Origin: a virus | Taxonomy: Duplodnaviria > Caudoviricetes | Length of the DNA: 64,000 nt | IMG/VR virus record: IMGVR_UViG_3300032038_009890 | Span: 128,001 to 192,000 of that record | Strand: one strand, 5' to 3' | Part shown: in pieces, positions 37,770 to 49,561 of the stretch | Numbering within the stretch: the stretch's first letter is position 1 | Layout: each line of letters starts with the position of its first letter | The notes under the pieces: generated by a model | What the model was told of the DNA's origin: nothing | The model's input: the letters and a program-made list of their open reading frames with translations, nothing else | Database searches by the model: none | Program-made: the position numbers and the translations under genes

Positions 37770-38098
37770 TGAAATGGTTTGAGATGGAGACCCGTTTTGG
37801 AGATTTTCGTATCTGCATTGATAAGGATGGGTTCGTATGGTTCTGCGCCATGGATGTAATTAAGTATCTAGGTATTTCTAATTTTGTAGTTGTAAGTAGA
37901 TATTTGAAGAACTACATGGCGCAGGATTGGGTATATGAGAAAAATCCATATAAGATGCAGGTGTTTGATGGGTGCGATGTCCCTTGTTTTTATGATGATT
38001 TTGTTTGGTATATTTGTATATATCTTGGAATGTATTCTTTTGCGGAGTTTATTGAGAAGGAAATGCCGATGGTCATCGATAAGACTTGGATTGAATGA
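37769..38098 (+). CDS. BRO-N-like protein
   Basis: FGDFRI..DGFVWFCAMDVIKYLG. Confidence 0.6.
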   Translation: MKWFEMETRFGDFRICIDKDGFVWFCAMDVIKYLGISNFVVVSRYLKNYMAQDWVYEKNPYKMQVFDGCDVPCFYDDFVWYICIYLGMYSFAEFIEKEMPMVIDKTWIE

Positions 38099-38104
38099 AA
38101 GGAT

Positions 38105-41100
38105 GTGATTAATATAGGACTTTATGGGTGGTATATAAATATATACAAAGCGGCAACTGTAGTAGGAGTAATGCTTGGTGTAAGAGATGGTTATGATAGT
38201 ACCAAGGCAATGTTTCATCATAGTTTGTTTTCTGATTGGTTACATGAGAATGGAATGAAAACAGACAAAAGAGACGAATCTACACGTGATATTATTTGTA
38301 TGGATTATCAATTTGGATTACGTAGCTACGAGGAAGAAAAGTCACATATAAAAGAACTTAGAAAAAAAGCCCAGAAGATTGAAAATGAAAATGAAAGGAA
38401 TGAAAGACTAAATGTTATAAATGATATAGAATTAAAAATAGATAGTCGCAAAGATAATTACCATAAAATGAGCAAAGATGAAGTAAGAGAATACACTTAT
38501 GTAAATGGTATTTATATTGATTATCCTCAATTTGATAAAAAGAAAAATATTATTGGTTATGAAAGAATTTACTATAAATATTTATACCGAAATCCTTCTA
38601 TGGCTAAAGTAGGAAAAAATATTTGGATTAATGCCGAATTATATGATAAAGCATATGAGCATATTACAATGGGTATTGGTTCTAAAATGCCATTGCATAA
38701 TGCAAAGATAACTGAAATAAGTGCCTACGCTTCTCTACTTGCTTCATCAATTGAAGGATCTATTGTGATACCGGTTGAGAACATTCTTATTCTTCAAGAT
38801 GTAGATAGTTTTTATAAAACCGTAGCTGATGTAATTAGAACCGAAGAATATAAAGTGTACGAAGGTGCAAAGTATGGATGTTTGTCCAACCTAGTAACAA
38901 AAAAGAAATGTGTGATTAGTAGAGAAGATACCGAGGTAATGAACGAACTTTTTGATGGACAGGCCTTGATAGAAACGTCAATTACACCAGATTGGTGTAA
39001 TGGAATGTTATTGCTTAGAAATCATTTTTTTAAAGCGTGTGCATTTAAAACTAAAATCCAATTATTTATAAAAGAGTATTGTGAAGAGCGTGGTATAGAC
39101 TATGATACTTTTGAAGTAGAAGATATGTTTGGTCGTAAACTTGCAAAGAATATACAAATGATCACATCTAATAATGCGATTAAGTATTTGAAGTTTAAAG
39201 ACATACTTGGAGGTACTGCATTATCAGCATATGAATATTGGTGCAATTGGGTAAAAAATGATGGTGATATATTTGGAATAGTTAAAACAGATCATGTTTC
39301 ACATTATGGCATACTCCAGAGGTGTAGTTATCAATTTCTAAACTCATTGCCAACAACAAAAAAAGATATGGAAGGTATAGTTGATACTACTATAAAGTAT
39401 GTCGAAAATCTCAAAAAGGATACTAGCAGTTTTGTAGAGTACTTAAGACAAAATGCAAACTATGTAAATAGTTACGAAATGCTTGCATCATTATATGAGT
39501 GGAATAATGGTATAGGTAGAACAAAATTATTTAAAACACAAAAAAGAAAAATAATAAATGAATATGTAAATGTTTTAAAAAAAGGAAAGATTTTACAATA
39601 CGGAGATAATTTAACCGTATTGGGAAACCCATATGCAATGTTGTTATATGCTGTTGGAGAAAACTGGGAAAATGACCCAACTCTTGGACCAGAAGAGGGT
39701 GTTATTCAAGTATATACAAAACGCTTTAATGACGGGGAATATTTATGTGGTATAAGGTCGCCACAGAATGGCCCATCTAATTTGGGATATTTTCATAATG
39801 TTAGGCACCCGTTGATGGAGAAATATTTTGATTTTAGTCCCAACATTATGGCTGTGAACTGTATCCATACAGATGTACAGGCTAGGCAAAATGGTGAAGA
39901 TTTTGACTCAGACTTTAATTTTGTAACTAATCAGCCAGAAATGGTGAAGGCTGTAAAGAAAGCTTATGAATTATATCCTACTGTTGTAAATATGGTTCCA
40001 GAAAGCAGTACTTCGTATGATAACACAATGAAAGATTATGCCATAATGGATTCTAAGATGCAATCAGCGCAAAAGGCAATTGGTGGTGCGTCTGATACAG
40101 CACAACTAGCACTTAGTTATTATTATGATAGAATTGAGAAAGGAATTGATGATGAGGTAACGAAACAATTATATGAAAATGTTTGCATCCTTGCTGTGTT
40201 GGCTTAACTAAATGGGTCAGTTCTAGAGAAATCTAGTTCTAAAAATATTCGGTGAATTCTGGGAAGGTTTGAAATTTATTACATTAGCAAGGAGAAAATA
40301 ATGAATACTAACGATAGAACATTTACGTTATATATGATGACGTTTCCTGACAAAAAAGTTTATATTGGGATTACAAGTCAAAATCTATCTAGAAGATTTG
40401 GGTATAAAGGTTCTGCTTATAAAATGCAACCAGTATATGAAGCAATTCAGAAGTTTGGCTGGGATAATATTAAGAAAGAAGTAATTGAAGAAAATCTTAG
40501 TGTGGAAGAAGCTAAGAAAAAAGAGCAAGAATATATTGAATTGTATCAAAGTAAAAATGGCGTATACAATAAGTCAAAAGGAGGAGAATGTGGTTCTTTA
40601 ATTACTGCAAAGTTTGAAGTGGACGGAGAAGTATATGATTCTCATGAATTAGCTGAAATGGCTTTGGCAGAAGGTGTTGATTATCATGATATTACTACAA
40701 GGATTAATCAGCATGGGTGGTCTTTAGAAAAAGCACTTACTAAAGAAAAGATGAAGAAAAATCAAAAAAGTGGAATACAAAGGCAATTTGTATTCGTTTA
40801 ATGAATTGATTCAATTTTCAACAGTAGATGGATTGACAGTAGATGATTTGTATACAAGAATTAATCACCATGGATGGGATGTTGAAAGAGCTTTGACACA
40901 ATCCAAAGATGTTAAACTTCAACCAAAAGGCGTTGGTGAAAGAAAATATTTCTATAATGGAAAATGGTGTAATTCATACGATTTGTTTTTATTAAGGAAA
41001 GATGAACGTATTAAACAAAGCGATATTGTATCAAGAATAGAACGTTCAAAATGGGATATTGAAAAAGCAATATCATACCCGCCCAAAAATATGAATAATA

Positions 41101-42134
41101 AATATATGTATAATGGGAAATATTATACATCTAAAGAATTAGAAGCGTTATGCCCAAATGGATTACAATATAATACGATTGTATCTAGAATATAATCAGG
41201 ATGGTCTGTTGAAGATGCCGTAAATCTTCCGGCGAATGAAAAACCTGACAAATTAAGTAAAAATTAATAATATTTATCAAACTAACCCAGAGCCAAGATT
41301 GTGAAGTTGAAATGTAACAATAAGGCGTAGAGACTAGAAAGGTGACTAGACAAAGAATAATCCTTTCCACGAGTGCCGAACATCTAACCAGATAATGCTG
41401 AAGATGAAGATATAGTCCGATACTCCAGAGTATTTGGAGACGCCCAAGATAAAGAGCTTGGGATATAACATATGCAATTAGCAATAGATGGATGTAAAAA
41501 GATTTTTGATATAGATGTAAATGATGAAATAAAACGTATACGCGCGCAGGAATGTATGAATAGAGAGAAAGATTTTCCTAAGTTTATGGCGTATACGCAT
41601 AAGATTCCTGTTACCAAAAATGGGAAAGATCGTCCTTATGAAGATATTCAAAAAGACAAAAAAAGAGTCCAAGAAAGAATAGATGAAACAATCGAATGCC
41701 CAATGAATTGGATGCATGATTGTTTAGATAAAATTCAAGGTGCTGAGCATGAAAGTAATATTGATACACTAGAATTTTTAATTGATAAGCCAACAAAAAG
41801 AGTTGATCCTCGTCAAATGAATAAAGTAAGAGATATTATTGAAAAATATGATAGTCTTGTTAGGCATTATATTGCTACAAATAATAACGAAGATGACGGG
41901 ATTGACGAAATTGATCAACTTCAAAAAGCGACGGATGAAGTAGTTGAAGCTGTTTCAAAGATAAAAATGTCCCAAGCAACTATGTTTAGATTAATTCAAA
42001 CATGTTTAGGATATGAGGGACGTGTTAATAAGAATAAGTCATATAAGAATGCTACAAAATATGCAATTAGAACTATGAATATTCTATATAAATCAAACCC
42101 GGAACGATTTTTATCATGTTTTAAAAAGGGATAA
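38105..42134 (+). CDS. YonO-like single-subunit RNA polymerase; exons 38105-40204 and 41475-42134 (about 919 aa spliced)
   Basis: FDGQAL, LLRNHFFK, RSP, NGEDFDSD catalytic loop; spliced junction ILAVLA|QLAIDGCKK; followed by HU as in SPbeta yonO-yonN. Confidence 0.85.
40205..41474 (+). ncRNA. Group I intron in the RNA polymerase gene
   Basis: P1 GGCT|TA..TGGGTC with U.G pair; GAATTCTGGGAA at 40254, AACCCAGAGC at 41284, GTAGAGACT at 41327, AAGATATAGTCC at 41407; terminal G. Confidence 0.9.
40301..41267 (+). pseudogene. Intron-encoded GIY-YIG homing endonuclease with a frameshift and a premature TAA
   Basis: TLY..KVYIGIT; four RIxxxGWxxExA repeats; frameshift near 40765-40770, TAA at 41193. 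Confidence 0.75.
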
Positions 42135-42294
42135 CGTGTAGCAAGTCAATTATAGAATTCGAAAAAGCCAAGAAAACATTATAATATAAACACGCATCAC
42201 AAACGTCTATATAATGAAGGATAATTACATCCTTCCTCTGACAAGAATCAGAGAGTAATTAGATTATTATAGGATTAAAAGGAGAAATAAAAAA

Positions 42295-42567
42295 ATGTTA
42301 AAGAATGATTATATTAAAGCTGTTGCCGAGAAGACTGGCCGCACCCAGAAGGACGTCAGGGAGATTATTGATGGAGGCTATGAGGTGCTGTGCGAGAATG
42401 TTGTAAATGAGCCTGTAAAGATCATGGATGCTATTACTGTTGAGTGTGTAGAGCGCGCTCCGCATACTTCACGGAATCCTAAGACTGGAGAGGCTGTTGA
42501 AGTCCCGGCAAAGAGGGTTCCGCATGTAAAGATTGGAAAGAATCTGAAGGACCGCGTTAGTTATTGA
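42295..42567 (+). CDS. hup: HU-like DNA-binding protein
   Basis: [26 protein letters not shown]. Confidence 0.92.
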   Translation: MLKNDYIKAVAEKTGRTQKDVREIIDGGYEVLCENVVNEPVKIMDAITVECVERAPHTSRNPKTGEAVEVPAKRVPHVKIGKNLKDRVSY

Positions 42568-42689
42568 TTATGATGTGACATTAAGAATAATATTAGTCAA
42601 AGGGGATGAGTTTTAGAAAGACTTATCCCCTTTTTTTAGCGTTTTGAGTTAATGCAAGATAACATAATTTAATACTATAGTTAGGAACG

Positions 42690-43520
42690 ATGATGGAAAC
42701 TGAGAAGATTTATAAAGGATATAAGAGGATCGTTGGTGATTCTGCTTATATCAACGAATATATGGATAATATTGATTGCAACGAGTGGAATATCAATGAG
42801 TATCTAATTATAGAGAATACAGATTTAGATGATAAGAATAAAGAAACTGAAATGCGGTGGGATGGCGAGAAGTTTGTCACGCTGAAGTTGCCGCCGCAGA
42901 AATATATAAAAGGGCGGAATGCGCTCCAGAGGTGTGCATTGGATATGTTGAATAACCCAGACATAACTATTTGTGTTTTGCTAGGGGTTCCCGGAAGTGG
43001 AAAAACGAAAATCGCCACGAGTATGAGTCTTTATGCTGTCAGAGAAAAAGGTTGGCAGTCTAAGATTTGTTTTGTGCGGGAACCTTGGGGAGAAGGCAGA
43101 TCTATGGGATATCTTAAGGGAGATTTCTCAGAGAAGAATGCCGTATGGGAATTACCTATAATTCAACAATTTGATGGACAGGAATTTGAAGTAGATCGTC
43201 TGAAACAACAAGGTATAATTGAATTTAATATACCTACTTATATGAAAGGACTAAGTTTTCCTAGTGAGATTGTAGTTGTGGACGAAAGTGAAGATATGAG
43301 TGAGAAACAATTACGATTGATTGGTACTCGTGTTGGAGAAGATGGAAGAATATTCTTTGCGGGAGATATTAAGCAGAGTCTATTGGATGCTTCTTCTCAG
43401 AATCCTTTAATTAAGATGTGTAACTATTTTAAGGGGAATCCCATGTTTGGATGTATTTGGCTTGATGAGGATGTTAGGTCTGAGACAAGTAAACTATTTG
43501 CGAATATGTATTTTGATTGA
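42690..43520 (+). CDS. phoH: PhoH-family ATPase
   Basis: GVPGSGKT, MGYLKGD, MKGLSF, VDESED, TRVGE, GDIKQ. Confidence 0.9.
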   Translation: MMETEKIYKGYKRIVGDSAYINEYMDNIDCNEWNINEYLIIENTDLDDKNKETEMRWDGEKFVTLKLPPQKYIKGRNALQRCALDMLNNPDITICVLLGVPGSGKTKIATSMSLYAVREKGWQSKICFVREPWGEGRSMGYLKGDFSEKNAVWELPIIQQFDGQEFEVDRLKQQGIIEFNIPTYMKGLSFPSEIVVVDESEDMSEKQLRLIGTRVGEDGRIFFAGDIKQSLLDASSQNPLIKMCNYFKGNPMFGCIWLDEDVRSETSKLFANMYFD

Positions 43521-43668
43521 GGTGGATATGAATAAGTTTGATAAAGAATACTTTACTGAGCATACATCTGAAAAAGAATATTTAATGAGTTTAGGGATTA
43601 AACAATCATTTGTAAAAGTAATAAACGAAGTTATATTTTAAGGACAATATGATTAAAAGGAGTTAATT

Positions 43669-43980
43669 ATGGAAATTTCTAATAATAATGCAATGTTTTT
43701 AGAGAATACTGATACTGTAGCAGAAGATACTGCTGAGAAGATGGAAGTCTATACGATTATTAACCCTGCCGTTGCTAGGCCTCTGATCAGGATGAGGGCA
43801 AAAGACGGCAAGAGCATGAAGCACAATCTGATTGATATTAGCCCGAATAAGGATAATCGAAACAGTTCTGTGTGGGTGTTTGAGGATTCGCTTGCACTTA
43901 GGAAGGACCTGCTTGCGATTACGAAAGCGCACAAGCGCGCCAAGGCTGAGCAGGAGAAGAAGCAAGAGAAGGAGGACTAA
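43669..43980 (+). CDS. Hypothetical protein
   Basis: AAAGGAG RBS; DISPNKDN..VWVFE. Confidence 0.6.
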   Translation: MEISNNNAMFLENTDTVAEDTAEKMEVYTIINPAVARPLIRMRAKDGKSMKHNLIDISPNKDNRNSSVWVFEDSLALRKDLLAITKAHKRAKAEQEKKQEKED

Positions 43981-43984
43981 TACT

Positions 43985-44596
43985 ATGGACCTTCTGGAAT
44001 TGACAAGTAATACGTCTGATGAGTTTTATAATGAGATAATGCGAAATTGTCTAGATAACAGGGTCCTCGTATTTAATCGTTCTGTAGATGAAAGCCTGAT
44101 TGAGGATATGATTTTGTATATTCTCAAGTGGAATAGAGATGATAAGGATGTGCCGAAGGAAAAGCGCAAGCCTATTACAATTTTAATTCACTCTCCCGGC
44201 GGAGAAGTGTTCTCAGGGAATGCGTTTGTTAATGTATTACTTGCAAGTGAAACACCTACCCGCGCAGTGGGTATTGGTATTGTAGCTTCTGCGGCATTTG
44301 ATATCTTCTTAGCGTGTGATGAAAGGATTTGTTGGAGTCGTAGTATATTCCTTATTCATGATGGAGCGCTAGATATTTCAACATCTTCCAAAAAAATGCG
44401 TGACGTTGTTACATTTTTTACGGAATCTATGGTCCAAAAAGATAAGGATTTTATTCTGTCTAGGACTAATATGGATGAAGATTTTTATAATGATATTTAT
44501 GGCGAAGAATTCTACTTTTATGCGGATAAAGCGAAAGAATATGGTGTTGTTCACAAGATTATTGGAGAAGATTGTGATTTGAGTTATATACTATGA
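43985..44596 (+). CDS. ClpP-like protease
   Basis: IHSPGG, VASAAF, LIHDG, AKEYGVVHKI. Confidence 0.85.
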   Translation: MDLLELTSNTSDEFYNEIMRNCLDNRVLVFNRSVDESLIEDMILYILKWNRDDKDVPKEKRKPITILIHSPGGEVFSGNAFVNVLLASETPTRAVGIGIVASAAFDIFLACDERICWSRSIFLIHDGALDISTSSKKMRDVVTFFTESMVQKDKDFILSRTNMDEDFYNDIYGEEFYFYADKAKEYGVVHKIIGEDCDLSYIL

Positions 44597-44614
44597 AAGA
44601 ATATAATATATATC

Positions 44615-45535
44615 ATGGATGATATTTGTGGAATTTATCAAATAAAGAATATTGTAAATGGAAAAGTATATATTGGGAGTTCTAAGCGAATTGGATCAAG
44701 ATGGAAAGACCATATTAGAATGTTGAACAATAATAAACATCATAGTTTGCATTTACAATCAGCTTGGAATATGTATGGGCCAGATAATTTTGAGTTTTCT
44801 GTATTAGAGAAGTGTTCTGTTGATGAGATATTTAAAAGAGAACAATATTACATTGACAAGACAAAGTGTTATGATATGGAATATGGTTATAATATTATGA
44901 GAACAGCAGGAGAATATGATAGAGTACAAACCGACATTAATAATTCCATTGCTCATAAAAATAAACCAAAATTAAATCAGCTAACTCCTCAAGCGAGACA
45001 CACTGAAGAACAAGTTAAAAGAATAATTAATTTACTGTTGGATAATAAACTTAGTTGCGCAAAAATAGCGGAACTTGAAAATGTAAATGAGCAAATAGTA
45101 AAAAATATTCTTTACAAACATAATTGGAAATATCTTACGTATGAAATAGAATTTCCGAAGCGAGAAGGAAAGAAAAAAGATTCTCGTGCAAAGTTAACTG
45201 ATGAAGATGTTGTAAATATATGTGAATTATTAATGAGTGGCGAAACATCTAGAAGTGTTGCTGAAAAATATGGTGTAACATATCAAGCAATAGATAAAAT
45301 TCGTGAACATAAGAATTTCAAATATATTACTGAAAAATATGATTTTCCTCCATCGGTTGGAAGTGGAACGAGAAAATTAACTCGTGATGATGTTGTTGAT
45401 ATTTTGAAAATGTCTAAGAATGGATGCACAGTAACTCAGATAATGGATAAATATACAAATATCAAATCCAGAAGTACAATTACTAATATATTGGCGAATT
45501 CTACATGGAAAGAGATTGATAGGAATTCGATTTAA
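44615..45535 (+). CDS. Free-standing GIY-YIG endonuclease with C-terminal HTH repeats
   Basis: GIYQIKN..VYIGSS..RWKDH..EQYYID..GYN; repeated KLTxxDV HTH units. Confidence 0.9.
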   Translation: MDDICGIYQIKNIVNGKVYIGSSKRIGSRWKDHIRMLNNNKHHSLHLQSAWNMYGPDNFEFSVLEKCSVDEIFKREQYYIDKTKCYDMEYGYNIMRTAGEYDRVQTDINNSIAHKNKPKLNQLTPQARHTEEQVKRIINLLLDNKLSCAKIAELENVNEQIVKNILYKHNWKYLTYEIEFPKREGKKKDSRAKLTDEDVVNICELLMSGETSRSVAEKYGVTYQAIDKIREHKNFKYITEKYDFPPSVGSGTRKLTRDDVVDILKMSKNGCTVTQIMDKYTNIKSRSTITNILANSTWKEIDRNSI

Positions 45536-45714
45536 AATGATTAGCATTACTTTTTTTAGACGGCAAAAGTGTTACGTATGATCGAGATGAGCATATTGAA
45601 TATGAATATGATAAGCTGTTTTCTATTATGAAATATAATGAACAATGGATTTTGTTATATAACATTAGTTATATTAGAAGTATTCAGATATATAAATGAG
45701 TAAAAGGAGATAAA

Positions 45715-45927
45715 ATGGCAAATTATACTTATAATCGTAAGACTGTAGATAAACTGAATGTTAAAGGGACTTTGTCCGAGGATTTGAGCAAGATTTCCTG
45801 CACTGATAAAGATGGCAATGATTTTGATGTGATGGTGCGCGACTGTCTGGAGCATTTTTCTGGCGAGTTGATCACGTTTAGCATCACGCTGTCTAAGGAT
45901 GAGGATTTGCTTGATGATGATATCTGA
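45715..45927 (+). CDS. YonK-like small protein
   Basis: LNVKG..LEHFSG..FSI pattern; precedes the metallophosphoesterase as in yonK-yonJ. Confidence 0.6.
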   Translation: MANYTYNRKTVDKLNVKGTLSEDLSKISCTDKDGNDFDVMVRDCLEHFSGELITFSITLSKDEDLLDDDI

Positions 45928-47128
45928 TCTTAATAAAAGGCCAGAAGAAGGAGAAGTTGAGTATCTCTGGCGTCTTGGTAATCTTCGGGCGGATGGTCTT
46001 GTAGATATGACTTGGACGGAGCTTACGGATGTGCTGAATGAGAATCTGCATGAGCCAGAGGACTATCTTGGTGAGTCTAGTTATAGGAAGCGCTATACGA
46101 TTATGAAACAGGCGTATGACGAGATTTTCAGCAAGATGTCTGGGTGTGAGGAAGAGAAGCTGACCATTCTTCAGAGGGAACTGGAGAAGGAAAAAGTCAA
46201 GGTTCGCGACGAAAAGAATGATTATAAGCGAATACTTAGAGAACAGGCGCGGAGAGAATCTTTTGAGGATATTATTAGGTCTGGTATCCAGAAGATAAAT
46301 GAGAAGACCCCTTTGAGCATTTTGAATGCAAGCTTCCCGGCGCTGTGTTCCGAGAAGGAGGCTGTAGCCTGTTTTTCTGACTGGCATTACGGTCTTATTA
46401 CGGATAATGTCTGGAACAAGTATGATACAGAGATTTGCGCCGAGAGGGTTCTGAAGTGTGTGAAATATATGGCGCAGTATTTGGTAGATCATAAGATTCG
46501 CAAGTTAGATATTGTTGTTCTAGGAGATATGTCACATGGGTGTACCCATTCATGTGCCTTATATACGCGCGAAGATGTCTGTGATCAGCTGATGCATGCC
46601 TCCGAGCTTTTGGCCGAGGCTGTTACCCTCCTTTCTAGGGTGGTTGATAGTGTCGAGGTTTATTTTTGTTATGGTAATCATATGAGAACCACGCAAAAGA
46701 AGGAAGAGGCGAAGCCTAGCGACAATATGGAAAAGATTGTGCCGTGGTGGCTTCAGTATCGACTCGCAGATAATAAGCGTATACATGTGAATATGTCGGG
46801 ATATGGAGAATTTACTTATTTTAAGGTACTGAATAAGTACAACATAGTTTGCATGCACGGCAATGATATTGACTTCAAAAGTATTGGCGTAACTGCCAAC
46901 TCGCTCTTCACTAGGATACTTGGTGAAAATATTGATTATACGATATCTGGCGACAAGCATCATCTTGAAGAGTTTGAAAAGTATGGAATTGAGAGTATTC
47001 TGGTTCGCTCTCTTTGCGGGACAGATGACTATGCTAGTTCGAGGCATCTGTTTGGTAAGGCGGGGCAAACCTTGATGATATTTAACGAAGATTATGGGCG
47101 GGAGTGTACATATCATATTCCGCTATGA
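45914..47128 (+). CDS. Metallophosphoesterase (YonJ-like)
   Basis: SDWHYG, LGD, GNH, MHG, DKHH. Confidence 0.85.
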   Translation: MMISDLNKRPEEGEVEYLWRLGNLRADGLVDMTWTELTDVLNENLHEPEDYLGESSYRKRYTIMKQAYDEIFSKMSGCEEEKLTILQRELEKEKVKVRDEKNDYKRILREQARRESFEDIIRSGIQKINEKTPLSILNASFPALCSEKEAVACFSDWHYGLITDNVWNKYDTEICAERVLKCVKYMAQYLVDHKIRKLDIVVLGDMSHGCTHSCALYTREDVCDQLMHASELLAEAVTLLSRVVDSVEVYFCYGNHMRTTQKKEEAKPSDNMEKIVPWWLQYRLADNKRIHVNMSGYGEFTYFKVLNKYNIVCMHGNDIDFKSIGVTANSLFTRILGENIDYTISGDKHHLEEFEKYGIESILVRSLCGTDDYASSRHLFGKAGQTLMIFNEDYGRECTYHIPL

Positions 47129-47138
47129 GGATGAAGAA

Positions 47139-47738
47139 ATGAAGAAACGTTTATTTGATGATTCTATTGATGTTGCAGAGGAGCTTTTTGAGCTTACTTT
47201 GAATGATGAGGACGTAGCATTTATTGGAGACTATTATGATACTTTGGATGCGCTGAAGAGTATTTATATTGTTGATGGCGAAGATATGCTCTTTACAAAG
47301 TTTATTAATTTGGCCGCTCCTGAGCTTTGTGAGGGAGAAGGAAGTGGCTATTATATGATTGGTATCATTGACGGCGAAATCTATGTTGATGATATTGAAT
47401 TTAATAAGGATGGTAAACTGCTTAATGTTCTTGAAGACTATGAAGAGATTTATATCAGGTGCGATGTATTTGATGGTGTAAAGGATATTCCTGATGTAAA
47501 TGTTACTACGGTTTATTATCCTGATGAACAAGATGAGATGTATGAAGAGGAATCTGATGGAGCGCTGACTATTCTGTTTGATGAAGCTCAGAGGCCTAGG
47601 GGTTTCCACTTTGAAACGAATAAGGATGATAAGTGTTTTAATATGGAATATTGTTCTTGCAATGCACTCGATGAGAATGAACTGGCGCATGTAATTAACA
47701 AGATGATTAATAGTTATTTTGATAAAAGGGAGGACTAA
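47139..47738 (+). CDS. Acidic hypothetical protein
   Basis: GAGG RBS; long ORF. Confidence 0.65.
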   Translation: MKKRLFDDSIDVAEELFELTLNDEDVAFIGDYYDTLDALKSIYIVDGEDMLFTKFINLAAPELCEGEGSGYYMIGIIDGEIYVDDIEFNKDGKLLNVLEDYEEIYIRCDVFDGVKDIPDVNVTTVYYPDEQDEMYEEESDGALTILFDEAQRPRGFHFETNKDDKCFNMEYCSCNALDENELAHVINKMINSYFDKRED

Positions 47739-47742
47739 GATT

Positions 47743-48318
47743 ATGAGTTTTGGTGGGTGGACTGTAGATGTTAATGTAGGTGGCGCTCCGCAGAAGGTCG
47801 CTAGTTTTATGACTGAACTGGCGGATACTAAGCTTGGCGCACAGTATAAGGATATTGCATATATTGGTTCTCAACTTGCAAATGGCGAGAACCACGCTCT
47901 GCTTGCAGAGCAGACTGTTGTGACTGGGCGCGACACGAAGAACGTTGTGCTTTGTGTAATTAATGAGAGGCCCGAGGGTCTGTCTCTTGTTGGTATTGAT
48001 AGGCTTGTAGAGAGCGGCGCTCCTATGGGCGGCACTGTTGTGGATGTGAAGACCGAGATTCCTGCCGAGGCTATGGATGTATGGAATAAGGCTTTTGAAG
48101 GTTTTACTGGGAGCAAGGTTGTACCGTTTGCTCTTCTGGGCACTCAGCTTGTAAATGGTACTAATTGGATTTTCGCTGTTGAGATGGCCACGGTTACTCC
48201 TGACCCGGTGAAGAAGGTCGCTATTGTTACGATTAATGATAAGGAGAAGACTGTGCATTTTGCAGATATGTTGAGGAATAGGCAGAATGCTTCTCTTGGA
48301 TATAGTTTTACTTGGTAA
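47743..48318 (+). CDS. Hypothetical protein with an internal duplication
   Basis: AYIGSQLANGENH and ALLGTQLVNGTNW repeats. Confidence 0.7.
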   Translation: MSFGGWTVDVNVGGAPQKVASFMTELADTKLGAQYKDIAYIGSQLANGENHALLAEQTVVTGRDTKNVVLCVINERPEGLSLVGIDRLVESGAPMGGTVVDVKTEIPAEAMDVWNKAFEGFTGSKVVPFALLGTQLVNGTNWIFAVEMATVTPDPVKKVAIVTINDKEKTVHFADMLRNRQNASLGYSFTW

Positions 48319-48424
48319 TTTGTCGGGCCAGAGACGTTAAACCTGTCCCAATCCAAATACATGAAAAACTTGCGGAGTACTACGTAAAGGTGGCTAAGTT
48401 TAATGGTTATATGCCGCCTGTTGA

Positions 48425-48499
48425 GGTTCTGTGGTGTAGTCCAGTTAACACACTAGCCTGTCACGCTAGAGATCGTGGGAGCAAAGCCCACCAGAATCG
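48425..48499 (+). tRNA. tRNA-Asp(GUC)
   Basis: GGTTCTG/CAGAATC; CTAGC CTGTCAC GCTAG; GTGGG AGCAAAG CCCAC. Confidence 0.85.
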
Positions 48500-48589
48500 C
48501 TATGCGCAGTTAAGTCACTGCGCCATATCCCTTAAGGAGAAATTAATGGAGTCGCCTTGCCCGAGGCATGTTCGCAATATTGGGCATTA

Positions 48590-48660
48590 CGAGTGCGTGG
48601 TGTAATGGAAGCACAAGACATTTGGGTTGTTTAGGAGACGTTCAAATCGTACGCATTCGA
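48590..48660 (+). tRNA. tRNA-Pro(UGG), possibly an 8/4 fold
   Basis: CGAGTGCG/CGCATTCG; AGACA TTTGGGT TGTTT; GACG TTCAAAT CGTA. Confidence 0.7.
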
Positions 48661-48823
48661 CTGGTATTTTTGAGTGTGTCACACCATGCTCAGGAATACT
48701 TTGCTAGTGATGAGACTAGCTACTTTTGTACGGAATAACTTTGGATAGGTTGTTATAATTTAACACTGATAAACATTGGTTCGTGTTTTCCACTATAATA
48801 TTATGAACCAGAAAGGCTTAAAA

Positions 48824-49561
48824 ATGATTAAGTAGGAACTGATTAAATTAAAAGGGATGAATCTCTTAGAACAAGACTTTGATGGAGATTCTATAATGAC
48901 TGTGTAGTTGAAAGATACTGGTAAAATTTATGTTGGTGTGAAATGGATTACAGAAGCATTGGGCATGAATAAAAATCATCACGATAGACAAGTGAAGAAT
49001 ATTCAAGCAGATATTGTACTTTCTCAAGGTGCGTCATATTTGACGCTCCCTACAAAAGGTGGAAATTAGAAGTCGTTATGTATTGAATTAGATTATTTAC
49101 CGTTATGGTTGGCAAAAATTCATGTGACACCAAATATGCTAAATGAGAATCCAGAAATAGCAGAAAAACTTATAGAATATCAGTTAAAGGCAAAAGATGT
49201 TTTAGCTAAGGCATTTTTAGGGAAATCAGAAGAATGGAATCTGCAACGTGAAGTTGGTAAGCTTGATCGAAAGAGATTAACAACGAGTATATGCAAGAAT
49301 ATAATTGATGCAAAACCATTAGATTATGCTCTATATACAAATATGATTTACGAAGTGTTGTTCAATAAAACAGCGGCACAGATACGAGAAGAAAAAGGAT
49401 TGGAAAAGAAATCACAATTAACAAGAGATCATTTTACAGAAAAAGAGCTAGGTTTGATAGATGAAGCTGAAACAATTGTAACAGCATTAGTTTCGTTAGG
49501 TTTTAAGAAAGATTATATCTTAGATCAATTAAGAAGGAAATATCAAAAGGCAATTGAATAA
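48824..49561 (+). CDS. P22_AR N-terminal antirepressor-like protein with three in-frame TAGs
   Basis: IYVGVKWITEALG..PTKGGN*KSLCIELDYLPLWLAKI; TAG at 48833, 48905 and 49067 (the last at the conserved GGxQ Gln). Confidence 0.85.
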
